A DNA stretch of 64,000 nucleotides from Pseudovirgaria hyperparasitica. Lineage: Eukaryota. Positions 63,481 to 64,000 of the stretch are shown here, in pieces. Position 1 is the first letter of the stretch. The number at the start of each line of letters is the position of its first letter. The notes below the pieces were generated by a model. That model saw only the letters and a program-made list of their open reading frames with translations. It did no database searches and had not been told where the DNA came from. The position numbers and the translations under genes were made by a program. The DNA lies in assembly GCA_010093815.1 (NCBI GenBank), contig ML996565.1; one strand, given 5' to 3'.

Positions 63481-64000
63481 ATTAAGGCAGCAACAGTGTC
63501 AGGCCCAGACTTCTCGAGCGACCGTGTCAGCCGATATCATCATTCAACCCATTAGACTCAGCCGGCAACTGCTGTTCATACGGGAATCTGGTCTTTGGTG
63601 GTCATGAGCTGTACCCAGCTCAAACATCATACCTAGCGCTACTCGAGAACAATTCATCAACATATGAATGTAGAGATTGGCTGACCCTCCGCGCGCTCTC
63701 ACAGTCCTGGCAGAAACTGCAAGAAATGCACAATATAAGATCATGACACGACAGTAGACCCACGACGAAACGTCCCTCTGTCTAGACATCATCGCCCTTT
63801 CGATTCCTGTTCGTCCGCTCTGATTCTACTGTCGATGAAGGTGTGAATAATACTTGAGGGTAGACCCAGGAAACGCGAAATCCGACGAGGCTTCCGAAAA
63901 CGCGCAGCTGTATCGTCAGCCAGGGGGGGCCAGGGGGTAAAGCACCTGCTCCTGCTTTAATGCAATCCATCGCACACGCGCTCGCCAGTGGGGGCATCGT

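Noticed and set aside
63782..64000. Possible last exon(s) of a minus-strand gene at the window edge
   Set aside because: An intron-like GT..GCTGAC..CAG is present, but no frame gives a recognisable protein; adjacent sequence is needed.

Overview
Eukaryotic genomic DNA from a filamentous ascomycete (Pezizomycotina; Dothideomycetes is my guess from gene style, not proven). Genes are short-intron and gene-dense, with GT..CTRAC..YAG introns. About 26 protein-coding genes can be supported. Conserved housekeeping genes are PRD1-type M3 oligopeptidase, LAP1, AP-2 beta, EMC4, DUF1774 protein, CYS4, SRP102, YPK1, ADA2, PGI1, a sugar porter, AKR1, SSC1, a DUF2415/WD40 protein and STR3, and a Zn2Cys6 TF sits next to an SDR. 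Between SRP102 and YPK1 (~22.9-37 kb) is an accessory-looking island. It holds a head-to-head pair of small Kex2-processed secreted proteins (one resembling a divergent NucA/NucB nuclease), a DUF6924-like ORF, AT/TpA-rich decayed DNA, an alpha/beta-hydrolase, a DUF6540-like His/Cys protein, an APH-like kinase, a half-size MetE-like enzyme and a P450. The partial gene at the left edge looks like a Sororin (WAPL antagonist) relative. I found no tRNA, rRNA, CRISPR array or intact transposon. All family assignments come from motif recognition by eye; no database searches were run.
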